This document shows, one piece after another, positions 55,834 to 64,000 of a DNA stretch of 64,000 nt. Position 1 is the first letter of the stretch, and each line of letters opens with the position of its first letter. Below the pieces are notes generated by a model. It did not search any database and was not told the origin of the DNA. It worked only from the letters and a program-made list of their open reading frames with translations. Origin of the DNA: Bacteroidales bacterium (GTDB taxonomy: Bacteria > Bacteroidota > Bacteroidia > Bacteroidales > PUMT01); the NCBI GenBank assembly GCA_007135095.1, contig SLJO01000170.1:465-64464 (forward strand), read 5' to 3'. Both the position numbers and the translations under genes were made by a program.

Positions 55834-57636
55834 TTAAGCTCCGGCTAAGTCTGAGATCAGTGTTGAATCCGGTTCTGCAGATTTCGCATATGGAAGGGTG
55901 AAAATAAACCGCGATCCGGTGCCGGCTTCGCTCTCAGCCCAGATCCTCCCCCCATGAATGGTGATCAACTCCCGGCATATAATTAGACCAAGGCCGGTTC
56001 CTGTTTCATTCGAGGTGCCCTTCGTCGTAAACACCTGAGTTATGTTAAATAATTTTGGCAATAAATCAGGGCTTATCCCAACCCCGGTATCAGAGACCGT
56101 AATTTTTACATGGCGTTTGTCCTGCTCGGCTCTTATGAAAACTTCCCCTCCCTTGCGGGAGAATTTTATTGCATTCGTGCATATGTTCCGCAGTATTGAT
56201 TTGAGCATATATGTATCGGCAAATATCTTTATGTTCTCATCTGAACAGCTGTTTATCATGATGTTCTTTGCTTCGGCCGCCGGACGAAGCTGGTGGTGAA
56301 CTTCATTGCAGATTTCCTTGAAATTACATATCTCCGGTTTAAATTGAATTTTTCCGGATTGCGTATTAGACCATTCCATAAGGTTTTCAAGAAGTCCGTA
56401 GGTGTTTTTCGCCACGGTGCTGGTTTGATTCAGGTACAGCTCGATTTTTTCTTTCCCAAGGAGATGATAGTCCTTTTTTAAAATTTCCAAAAACCCAAGG
56501 AGGCTGTTAAACGGGTTCCTCAAATCATGCCCGAGTATTGAAATAAACCGGTCCTTGTCCCTGTTCAGCTGCTTTATCTGTTCCATATTCTTGCTCATCT
56601 TTATCAGCGACAGCGTCAAAAGATATAGCAACAGGCTTATAATGATGCCGACAAGAAAAACGACAAACACAACTCTGTTGAACAAAGATAATTCTTCGCT
56701 TTTCCTGGTAAGAACCATAGTCCATTCCTCGCTGTTTAATCTTACGGGAAGGGTAACTGACAGATTTGGATCGGCATTTTTTCCTGAATCTTCACCCATC
56801 TGACTGTCAAATAACAGGGCGTCATCCGATTGACTGATGTTGTCGTAAATTCTAAGGTGTATCCTGTTTGATCCGGGATGATCCCAGTTCCCCAGTATCC
56901 CTTCAGTCAGATCATTTATCCTGTAAGGACTGTATACCCAGCCCTGTATGGCTGCCCTGCGCTCTTCGACAGTGCTGGTGGGCATGCCCTGCCTGTAGAC
57001 AGGACTATACATCAATGTTCCCGGCTGAACATCTTCTGAGGTTTCCTGTACCAGGCGGACCATGCCCGATAATACGGAATAAGCAGAATCCCTGGCTGTT
57101 TCCATTGCCTTTCGCCGAACTTCTTCGGAAAACATGTCAAAGCCAAATGCCCGAAGGTTCCTGTCGGAAAATGGTTCAAGGTAAATAATGGATGTATACA
57201 GTTCTCTTTCTCCCTCCGGCCAGACAGTATATCCAGGGAAACCGCTTTCACGGATTTCCTTAACATGATGGGACAGCTGTTCCGGAGGAATGATCATACT
57301 ATAGCCAAAACCCTGTATACCGGGCATATACCGGTGAATTCTTGACCGCTGGTAAAACTGGTTCCACTGTTCACGTGTTACCGAGTCGGTGGCGGCGAAA
57401 AGTGCAACACCACTGCGAAGCAGCTGGGCGTGGGCCCTGAGCCTGGCCTCCATTTTATTTTGCAGCTCGGCACTGTCAAAATCGAAATCCTGTATAGCGG
57501 CTTTTTCTATCAGGTTCCTGGTATTGTATACCATGACGGCCGTTAAAAGAAGACCGATGGTTAATACCAGAAATGCTAACCACGGGCCTTTCGGCAGAAG
57601 CCGGTAAATTGCCCTTTTTTGATCGATACTCTTCAT
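55834..57636 (-). CDS. Sensor histidine kinase with a periplasmic CHASE domain
   Basis: The order is TM, CHASE-like region (GFGYSMIIPP...YTSIIYLEPFSDRNLRAFGFDMFSE), TM, H-box (FISILGHDLRNP), then N/G1/G2 boxes (DTGVGI, GTGLGL). Confidence 0.85.
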   Translation of the reverse strand: MKSIDQKRAIYRLLPKGPWLAFLVLTIGLLLTAVMVYNTRNLIEKAAIQDFDFDSAELQNKMEARLRAHAQLLRSGVALFAATDSVTREQWNQFYQRSRIHRYMPGIQGFGYSMIIPPEQLSHHVKEIRESGFPGYTVWPEGERELYTSIIYLEPFSDRNLRAFGFDMFSEEVRRKAMETARDSAYSVLSGMVRLVQETSEDVQPGTLMYSPVYRQGMPTSTVEERRAAIQGWVYSPYRINDLTEGILGNWDHPGSNRIHLRIYDNISQSDDALLFDSQMGEDSGKNADPNLSVTLPVRLNSEEWTMVLTRKSEELSLFNRVVFVVFLVGIIISLLLYLLTLSLIKMSKNMEQIKQLNRDKDRFISILGHDLRNPFNSLLGFLEILKKDYHLLGKEKIELYLNQTSTVAKNTYGLLENLMEWSNTQSGKIQFKPEICNFKEICNEVHHQLRPAAEAKNIMINSCSDENIKIFADTYMLKSILRNICTNAIKFSRKGGEVFIRAEQDKRHVKITVSDTGVGISPDLLPKLFNITQVFTTKGTSNETGTGLGLIICRELITIHGGRIWAESEAGTGSRFIFTLPYAKSAEPDSTLISDLAGA

Positions 57637-57925
57637 TCCCGCAAGTAATTTTTAGATGCAGATAGTCAATATATCATTCCTGGCATGAAAACTCTGATTT
57701 CTTTTCCGGGCATTCCATTTTGTCATATTATTTGCCTGAGACTCGCACAGCGCCACACTTTTATATATGTGTATTTTTTCAGGACAAAATATTTAACGAT
57801 ATTAAAACCTTAATATTTTAGTTAGCATATAAAAAAACAGTTTCCACTCTCTTCCTTCCATAGAATTAAAGCCGGCATTAATTGTAAATATAAATCATTT
57901 AATCTTAAAGTTCAACAAGGCTAAT

Positions 57926-58093
57926 TCATTGCCCGGGGATATGCCTAATTCCTGCCGTCGTAACGAAGGGCCGGGAAAAATGCCTCTAATGATACAAGGG
58001 GTGCTGCTGGACCGTGCCGGTCACTATCCGCAGGTTGAGCGACCGGGTGAGTTTTTTCAACAGGTAGAGGAATTTCTTGATGGTAACTGGTAG
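57926..58093 (+). pseudogene. Remnant of the C-terminal end of an alpha/beta-hydrolase gene
   Basis: The reading frame ends ...VLLDRAGHYPQVERPGEFFQQVEEFLDGNW*, the typical catalytic-His C-terminus of alpha/beta hydrolases. There is no upstream nucleophile-elbow region or credible start, and it sits in a 610-bp spacer. Confidence 0.45.
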
Positions 58094-58222
58094 TATAATA
58101 GAGTCTGTTCCGCACAGCATATTCCAGCCGGTTTCTGCAGAATCCTGAATCCTGCCGGGAAAATCTTTTTGTATGGATTGAACAAAGCCATAAAATAAAT
58201 GTAATATATCAAAGCGTATGCT

Positions 58223-58230
58223 TAGATTTG
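58223..58230 (+). promoter_or_regulatory. Bacteroidota-type -7 box (TAGATTTG) just upstream of the TetR gene
   Basis: It matches TAnnTTTG and ends 17 nt before the ATG at 58247. This is a motif match only. Confidence 0.3.
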
Positions 58231-58246
58231 TAAAAACTTTGCTTTT

Positions 58247-58825
58247 ATGTCCCGGAACAAGTCATATGATGAAAATGCGGTACTTGAGCGCGCCATGATT
58301 GTTTTCTGGATTAACGGGTATGAAGCCACTTCGGTCCGTTTGCTTGAAAAGGAAATGGGCATAAACCAGTTTTCTATTTATTCCAGCTTTACCAGTAAGA
58401 AAAAGTTGTTCATTGAATCTATCCGCAGGTACCGCGAACATGTAAAACAAAATGTCTATCAAACCCTGCTTCGGGAAGATGCGGGCATGAAAGAACTTGA
58501 GCAATATCTTTACAAGGCCGCTAGGAAAAAAAAGAAACCCGGTTTATCCAGGGGGTGTCTTGTGGTTAACACGGCAGCCGAATTAGTAAGCAGTGATGAG
58601 GAGATAGCTGCAGAAGTGAACGGTTACTTTATTTTTATCCGTGAGATGCTGAGAAAGGTTCTTCAAACCGCTGTTGATAAAGGCGAAATAGCACCGGATA
58701 CCGATGTTGAAAAACAATCGGCCTTTTTCCTTGGGGTAATGCAGGGTCTTTCTGTTGCTTCAAAAACAACGGATACCGGTCAGTTAAATGATTTTGTTTC
58801 AGTTGCACTCAAACAGATTAAATAA
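58247..58825 (+). CDS. TetR/AcrR-family transcriptional regulator
   Basis: The N-terminal HTH reads GYEATSVRLLEKEMGINQFSIYSSFTSKKKLF. The length is 192 aa. Confidence 0.88.
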   Translation: MSRNKSYDENAVLERAMIVFWINGYEATSVRLLEKEMGINQFSIYSSFTSKKKLFIESIRRYREHVKQNVYQTLLREDAGMKELEQYLYKAARKKKKPGLSRGCLVVNTAAELVSSDEEIAAEVNGYFIFIREMLRKVLQTAVDKGEIAPDTDVEKQSAFFLGVMQGLSVASKTTDTGQLNDFVSVALKQIK

Positions 58826-58957
58826 TTTTTTTGGCCTGTTTCTAAGCAACTGATTAGATATCAGGGCCATTTTACATAACTGTTGAAAAATAAATGTTTC
58901 TAATTAACAATGCTTCTTAAAACTCAGTTTTATTCATCAATTCTAAAAAATACTGTT

Positions 58958-59389
58958 ATGAAAGCCAGTAAAATCTTATTATTATCATTTGCATTGCTGT
59001 TTACCTACAGCCATTCCGGAATTACTGCGCAGCCAGAAGAATCTGCTGAAAGTAATGACAAGCTGGTAGTGGTGTGGACCAGCGATGATCCGTATGTGGC
59101 AGAACGGGTTGCATTTATGTATACTCACGCGGCAAAGACAGCAGGCTGGTTCAATGAGGTAACGCTCATTATCTGGGGTCCTTCTGCAAAACTGGCGGCT
59201 GAAAATATCAAGGTACAGGAAAAACTGAAGGCTATGCAAAAAGACGGTGTAGTGATTGAAGCCTGTATTGTTTGTGCCGACGCTTACGGGGTAACCGATG
59301 TATTGAAGAATATGGACTTTGTTGTGAAGGGAATGGGGAGTCCGCTGACCGGTTACCTTAAGAGCGGGGCAAAGGTTCTGACATTCTGA
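58958..59389 (+). CDS. Secreted DsrE/DsrF-like family protein
   Basis: It has a signal peptide (MKASKILLLSFALLF...AQ). The core reads KLVVVWTSDDPYVAERVAFMY...IIWGPSAKL...EACIVCADAYGV, which matches the DsrE-family pattern as I remember it. Confidence 0.55.
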   Translation: MKASKILLLSFALLFTYSHSGITAQPEESAESNDKLVVVWTSDDPYVAERVAFMYTHAAKTAGWFNEVTLIIWGPSAKLAAENIKVQEKLKAMQKDGVVIEACIVCADAYGVTDVLKNMDFVVKGMGSPLTGYLKSGAKVLTF

Positions 59390-59819
59390 TTAACTTCCGG
59401 TTCTCACCAGACAATGTAAGGATTTACTCCTTAATCCGTCTGTTCTTTTGAATTCTGTAAGCGAATTCCTGGCTGGAAAAGCATGTATCCGGAAACTCTT
59501 GTTTTATCAGAAGAAACAGGCTATAACAGGAATTACAGCAGATACCCTTATGGCGATTATAAAACAAACAATTTGATTATTTTCCCGGTCAATAATGAAG
59601 ATGACCGTTTGCACCGAAAGGAAAGGTAGCTGTTATGACAGCTCTTATCAGAGGCATATTCCACACTATCAAGGCGGTGATGATTGCATAAATAACAGAT
59701 AGTGAGCAATGGACCACGATGGCGGCAAGGGTCCTGCCGGTTATCTGCACCATAAAAGTACACAGCCATTCATGAAGGAAAGAAGCAGCCTTTTCTGGAA
59801 AGATGCAGACAGCCGGCAG

Positions 59820-60159
59820 GTGAAAATTACCAAAATCGCAGTATTACTGGCTTTCTGCGTTATCAGAGTTAACTCCCATTTTCCTTAATATTTCAGCCAG
59901 TTGGTGCGGTCCTTGCAATGCACTGAAAGCTAAAACCTTTCCTGATGGAGAGGTTGGAGAATTTTATAATACCAACTTTATCAATGTTATGGTTGATGGG
60001 GAAAAAGGGGAAGGGATTGAACTGGCCCGAAAATATGAAATCAGCGGATATCCAAGTTTGATTTTTATCGACAGTAACGGTGAGTTTATAGCACAAACAG
60101 CCGGTTACCGTGATCCCGAGCAGTTTGTTGAGATTGGCAAAGTAATTATAAACAGATAA
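59820..60159 (+). pseudogene. Frameshifted/truncated thioredoxin-fold (TlpA/thioredoxin-like) gene
   Basis: A signal-peptide-like ORF (VKITKIAVLLAFCVIRVNSHFP*) stops at 59886-59888. A Trx domain then continues in the +1 frame (IFLNISASWCGPCNALK...ISGYPSLIFIDSNGEF...) to TAA at 60157-60159, with no start codon of its own. Confidence 0.7.
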
Positions 60160-60286
60160 TTACATCAATATCCTGCATAGGACCAACCCTTTTAATGCAA
60201 TAAGAATAGTGCGGGCATTAATTTCTTATATTTGAGATTTTGGTTATTTTAGCCTTCGAAATGACCAACCAAAAAACCTTATTGTA

Positions 60287-61312
60287 ATGACTATTTATTA
60301 CACCTGTTTAAAGGAAAATATTTATTTTTCTTTAAAATGCGCCTCATCTGCAGCGTATTTCATCACAGTGCTTTCAATACTTTTGTTAATAACCCCGGAA
60401 CTCAGCGCCAGGGAGCGCATACTGACACCGGTCGAATACAACAACGATCAACTTGTTAAGATGGCCGTTATGGGTCAGATAGGCGAGGCACGGATGAACT
60501 ATCCGCCATACAGGATCGGGGCTGACGGCTCTCTCAAAGTAGTACCCGGTACTGGCAGTATTACCTACAATTTTCGCACAGGCGATACTGCAATCGATCT
60601 GGCCGGCGACCATGTTGAACCGGCAGTAACACTGGTCCATCCCAGCGGCAGGGCGAGTGCGGAAAGCAGGGGCCTCAACGTACTTTCCTGCATCGGGAAT
60701 GAGGTCAGGGTCACATCTGGCGAAGCAAGGGGTGCAAAAGGCTACGTAATTGGCAAGCACGGCGGGTCGGAACATGTCATGGTCGATTTCGCTGATCAGG
60801 CAGTATTTGATAAGCTGCTGCTGGGCGACCGGATGCACATTTACGCTTACGGAACGGGAATGGAACTGACAAATATAGAAGGTGTAAAAGCAATGAACGT
60901 CAGTCCCCGCCTCATGGAGGCGCTTACCGGTGCAGGAATGGGAATATCCCCGGAAGGAAAGCTGCGAATCGGGGTGGCACTGACCGTTCCGGCAAAGATT
61001 ATGGGTAGCGGGCTGGGACACGACCATTCCTACAGCGGCGACTATGACATTCAGTTATTCGACGAGAGGGTTGTTGAAAAATACAACCTGAACAGTCTGA
61101 GGTTCGGAGACATAGTGGCTATAATCGATGCTGATACCAGCTACGGCAGGGTATTCAGGACGGGCGCCGTTACCATTGGTGTGATAACACACAGTAGCAG
61201 CATAATTGCCGGGCACGGACCGGGTGTCACAACGCTTTTCACATCGGCAGAAGGCCTGATCGAAACTGTTATCGATCAGAAAGCCAACCTGAAATATCTG
61301 CTGTTTAAGTGA
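60287..61312 (+). CDS. Conserved hypothetical protein (possibly DUF4438-like)
   Basis: The 341-aa ORF is Gly-rich and beta-rich (GTGSITYNFRTGD, GAKGYVIGKHGG). The family assignment is from memory only, and the start is uncertain. Confidence 0.5.
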   Translation: MTIYYTCLKENIYFSLKCASSAAYFITVLSILLLITPELSARERILTPVEYNNDQLVKMAVMGQIGEARMNYPPYRIGADGSLKVVPGTGSITYNFRTGDTAIDLAGDHVEPAVTLVHPSGRASAESRGLNVLSCIGNEVRVTSGEARGAKGYVIGKHGGSEHVMVDFADQAVFDKLLLGDRMHIYAYGTGMELTNIEGVKAMNVSPRLMEALTGAGMGISPEGKLRIGVALTVPAKIMGSGLGHDHSYSGDYDIQLFDERVVEKYNLNSLRFGDIVAIIDADTSYGRVFRTGAVTIGVITHSSSIIAGHGPGVTTLFTSAEGLIETVIDQKANLKYLLFK

Positions 61313-61358
61313 TATTTCCACCAGGTGATCACGAAGATGCTGTTATTGACCAGCAGAC

Positions 61359-62205
61359 TTGATATTGCATCAAATTCGAGTGTCCGAAGCTGATTATGAA
61401 ACGCAGATGAGTGTAATTCCTGCCGGGGGAAAACTGATCACGCATGATAACCGGGTTGTTGTAAGGGGTGCCGATAAGCCAAAATCATTAATATATGATT
61501 ATGAAGAAATTAGTTTCAGTTCTGGTAAGTTCTTTGGTATTGTCATGTTCAGTTGATGACCATGAACCTGGGAAACGGGCATGAACCTGGACCAGATCAA
61601 CGACTTCGAACGTATCCGTGATTATGGGATGCTGGTGGTCTATTCCAACTGGTCGTTTCTGAAAAACTACAGCCCGGTGAAAGATCAGTACAGCCGCCGG
61701 AAACTGGAATGGGTAGCCCATATTGCCGGAAAACGTGAATCACGAAGGTTACTGGGCGATCACATTTTAACAGAACATGATCTTGTTAACTATGTTATCT
61801 ACCCTGATGGCTCTGCACCCACGACATGGACCATTGATCTGCACTATCCCGATCCAAAAAACACAGAACATTTTCTGGGTATGGAGTTCAAAGCCATTGC
61901 CGTGCACGAACACATTCATCCATATCCCATTCCTTACCGCTGTTTTTACTCGAGAAGCATCGATAACCTGTTTATGGCCGGACGAAATATCAGCGTAACA
62001 CATGTGGCACTTGGCACTGTTCGTGTTATGCGCACCACCGGCATGATGGGTGAAGTTGTTGGAATGGCAGCCTCGGTTGCAGTAAAAAACAAAACCAGTC
62101 CACGCGGTGTCTACATCAATCCTGATGCATGAGGGCGTTGGGAAATACGACATGGAGAACATTCAGAATTACAATCTGGGAGGGACGCTGGGTCCCAGGG
62201 AATAG
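61359..62205 (+). pseudogene. N-terminally truncated, interrupted FAD-dependent oxidoreductase gene
   Basis: The C-terminal region of the family is present (LEWVAHIAGKRESRRLLGDHILTEHD, YPIPYRCFYSRSIDNLFMAGRNISVTHVALGTVRVMRTTGMMGEV). There is no GxGxxG N-terminal domain. Three in-frame TGA codons lie at 61554-61565, and the frame shifts near 62130. Confidence 0.7.
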
Positions 62206-62273
62206 AAGCATTTCAGGATATTCATTCCGTAATGCCGCTGACCGGTTTCATTGCCAGGGAAGGGGAGCGTCAT

Positions 62274-62308
62274 GAAAAAAATGCCCGGCACATAACAGCG
62301 ACGGGCAT
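62274..62308 (-). terminator. Intrinsic terminator downstream of the TPR-protein gene
   Basis: On the minus strand, the stem ATGCCCG / CGGGCAT (7 bp, 14-nt loop) is followed by T7. It lies ~90 nt after the stop at 62396. Confidence 0.6.
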
Positions 62309-62395
62309 TATTAACTGCAAAACAAGCTTACATTACACTCTCTCATCTTGAATGTAACCAGCCTTTGTCATAACTACTATACTTTGGTTAGACAT

Positions 62396-64000
62396 TTATT
62401 TTTCTGTAACAAAGTTCCAGGCTTCTTCCAAATCCTGACGATCCGAATCACCTGCAATAGTCAGAAGTCTGTCGAAAAGTTGTTCAGCGGCTTCTTCCTC
62501 GCCTGCATCAATTGCTGACCGGGCAGCTCCCAGCAGTGTGTTGTAGCGTTCCGGCCAGATTTCATCAGACTTCAGATATGCTTCGAGAGCTTCGGAGGAA
62601 CGGTTCAACTCCATAAGCAGGTATCCGAGAGCTTCATAGGGAGGTACCAGTGCACCCGGGGTTACAGGGTGCTTCTCAATGGTTCTTTCCAGTTCAGCTG
62701 CTGAACGCGTCAATTCCAAAGCTCTGTCATCATTGCCACGTGAATGCTCTATCCGTCCGGCAAGCACAAGACGATCAATCTCTATGTATGTAGCCATCGC
62801 CTGATCGCCTGATTCTATTGCTCTTTCCCGGAGTTCATCAAGCCGCACTTCCGCATTACGGGCATTTTCCATATCACCTGTATGAATGGCGCCCAAACCG
62901 CGGGCAAACCATGTTAAACCTTCTGCCCATGGGGATTGATCCCATGGCAGATAATCAGGTGTACGTGGCTCAAGCGCTGCAGCCCTCTCCCAGTCACGCT
63001 GTTCAACTGCAATCCGGGCGGGCATAGCGGCCGCATGAAACGCGCTGATGAAGGTTGGCTGATGCTTTTCTTTATTCCAGGCTTCCTCGAAATAAGATTC
63101 GGCCTTTTCATCATTGCCTTGCTGCAAAGCAGCATAGACTATGTAGTCTATCGCATGGATATAATGATGGGATTCGGCATCGCCGGCCGGATGGTTCAGC
63201 GCAGCATCGGCAGATGCAATATTCCATTCAATAACCTGTGGCCAATCTCCAAGGCGTACATAGATATGTGAAGGCATATGCAAGGCATGCGGTACTTCCG
63301 GGGCAATCTCACCATACATCTCTACCATATCAAGGGCATTTTCGGCCCGGCCATCAACATCGGTAGCATGAATACTGTAATGGATAGCACCGGGATGGGT
63401 TGGAATCTGCTCGAAAATTCCGCGCAGAACTTCTTCTGCTTCGTCAAACAGAGGCTCACGTTCATCTGCATGCTGCGCGATGGTCAGGAGTGACAACCCG
63501 TATAATGCAGCTATATCCGGATCGTCCGGGTATGCCCGGTAGGCAGCATCCACACCATCAGTCCATCGCCCCAGCCGGGTATGGAAATCAGCTGTTTCAG
63601 GCTCTTTAAAAAATCCTGCTGTTGATTCAATCAGGTATTTTTCCCGTTCATCATCTGCCAGCTCTCTGGCTGTTTCGATTTTTCGCCAGCCACGCTGCAG
63701 GTCATCTTCACCTGGCCGCGTACCCCATAGCGGCTGGAAAAGAGTGGTTGCTACACCCCAGTATGCCATAGCGCAATCAGGGTGATTCTCAATTATATTT
63801 TCGAATTCAGCACGTGCAGATACGTACATCATATGATGCATCATACCTAGTGCATAGTCGAAATCCTCTCGCGCCTCATCACAGGAAACCCTGAAGTCAA
63901 CATCACCTATTGACGCGCCCTCAGGTACTGGATGATCATCATGCATGTGCTCATGCTGGGCAAAACCGGATATGCTGAAGGCAATAAAAAATATGACAAT
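62396..64000 (-). CDS. Acidic TPR-like repeat protein (5' partial; the reading frame continues to the window end through a signal-peptide-like segment)
   Basis: The frame stays open upstream of the Met at 63946 (IVIFFIAFSISGFAQHEHMHDDH...), so the true start lies beyond 64000. The protein is helical-repeat and Asp/Glu-rich throughout. Confidence 0.7.
   Translation of the reverse strand: MVIFFIAFSISGFAQHEHMHDDHPVPEGASIGDVDFRVSCDEAREDFDYALGMMHHMMYVSARAEFENIIENHPDCAMAYWGVATTLFQPLWGTRPGEDDLQRGWRKIETARELADDEREKYLIESTAGFFKEPETADFHTRLGRWTDGVDAAYRAYPDDPDIAALYGLSLLTIAQHADEREPLFDEAEEVLRGIFEQIPTHPGAIHYSIHATDVDGRAENALDMVEMYGEIAPEVPHALHMPSHIYVRLGDWPQVIEWNIASADAALNHPAGDAESHHYIHAIDYIVYAALQQGNDEKAESYFEEAWNKEKHQPTFISAFHAAAMPARIAVEQRDWERAAALEPRTPDYLPWDQSPWAEGLTWFARGLGAIHTGDMENARNAEVRLDELRERAIESGDQAMATYIEIDRLVLAGRIEHSRGNDDRALELTRSAAELERTIEKHPVTPGALVPPYEALGYLLMELNRSSEALEAYLKSDEIWPERYNTLLGAARSAIDAGEEEAAEQLFDRLLTIAGDSDRQDLEEAWNFVTEK

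Noticed and set aside
59557-59769. A 70-aa minus-strand ORF lies in the spacer before the thioredoxin remnant.
   Set aside because: Its Cys/His/Arg-rich sequence has no features. Neighbouring frames hold hydrophobic fragments, which suggests decayed sequence rather than a gene.
60386-61027. A 213-aa minus-strand ORF lies opposite the 341-aa hypothetical gene.
   Set aside because: The plus-strand frame has the more protein-like, Gly/beta-rich conserved-looking sequence and is longer. The antisense ORF is Cys/His/Arg-rich, like a shadow frame. The residual uncertainty is reflected in the 0.5 confidence on the plus-strand call.
1-64000. I searched the whole window for CRISPR arrays, rRNA or tRNA genes, transposases, reverse transcriptases and long inverted or direct repeats.
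   Set aside because: None were seen by eye. The only tandem repeat has two copies (49468-49533), and the only recombinase is XerD-like. A computational repeat and Infernal scan would be needed to exclude small elements.

Overview
This is a 64-kb chromosomal window, most likely from a Bacteroidota-type genome. That assignment is an inference from many lipobox-bearing secreted enzymes, TAnnTTTG promoter-like boxes, almost no Shine-Dalgarno motifs, and the gene families present. I support about 45 protein genes and found no rRNA, tRNA, CRISPR array or transposase.

Gene content, in order:
- 5'-partial formate-dehydrogenase-type molybdoenzyme, then a cNMP-binding-domain::aspartase fusion, a nitroreductase, an SDR and pyruvate kinase.
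- xerD.
- A tight PP2C-phosphatase + ABC-ATPase/coiled-coil/Toprim-like operon.
- A YugP peptidase, a J-domain protein, rlmN and an FNR-like reductase.
- A complete GlgE alpha-glucan pathway cluster (glgE, treS-maltokinase, glgB) plus a divergent GH15.
- Tryptophanase.
- A 7-gene co-directional cluster: NSS and SSS transporters, three BNR/sialidase-fold proteins, a sulfatase and an unknown enzyme.
- An ATP-cone::PD-(D/E)xK nuclease lying divergent from an AddA-like helicase-nuclease.
- A secreted TldD/PmbA pair.
- An AT-rich islet with a translationally coupled zinc-finger/methyltransferase pair.
- DUF2254, a second sulfatase, an acyl-ACP thioesterase, a CHASE histidine kinase and a TetR regulator.
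- A stretch (57.6-62.2 kb) holding three gene remnants, then a 5'-partial acidic TPR protein.

Best candidates for something undescribed:
1. The phosphatase + OLD/PARIS-like ATPase-Toprim pair (8.8-12.0 kb).
2. The ATP-cone nuclease (38.9-39.7 kb).
3. Two 77%-identical small Cys/His proteins 28 kb apart, each with an atypical SD-like leader.
4. The aspartase fusion, whose cNMP pocket is degenerate.

All functional calls come from motif recognition by eye. No database search was run.
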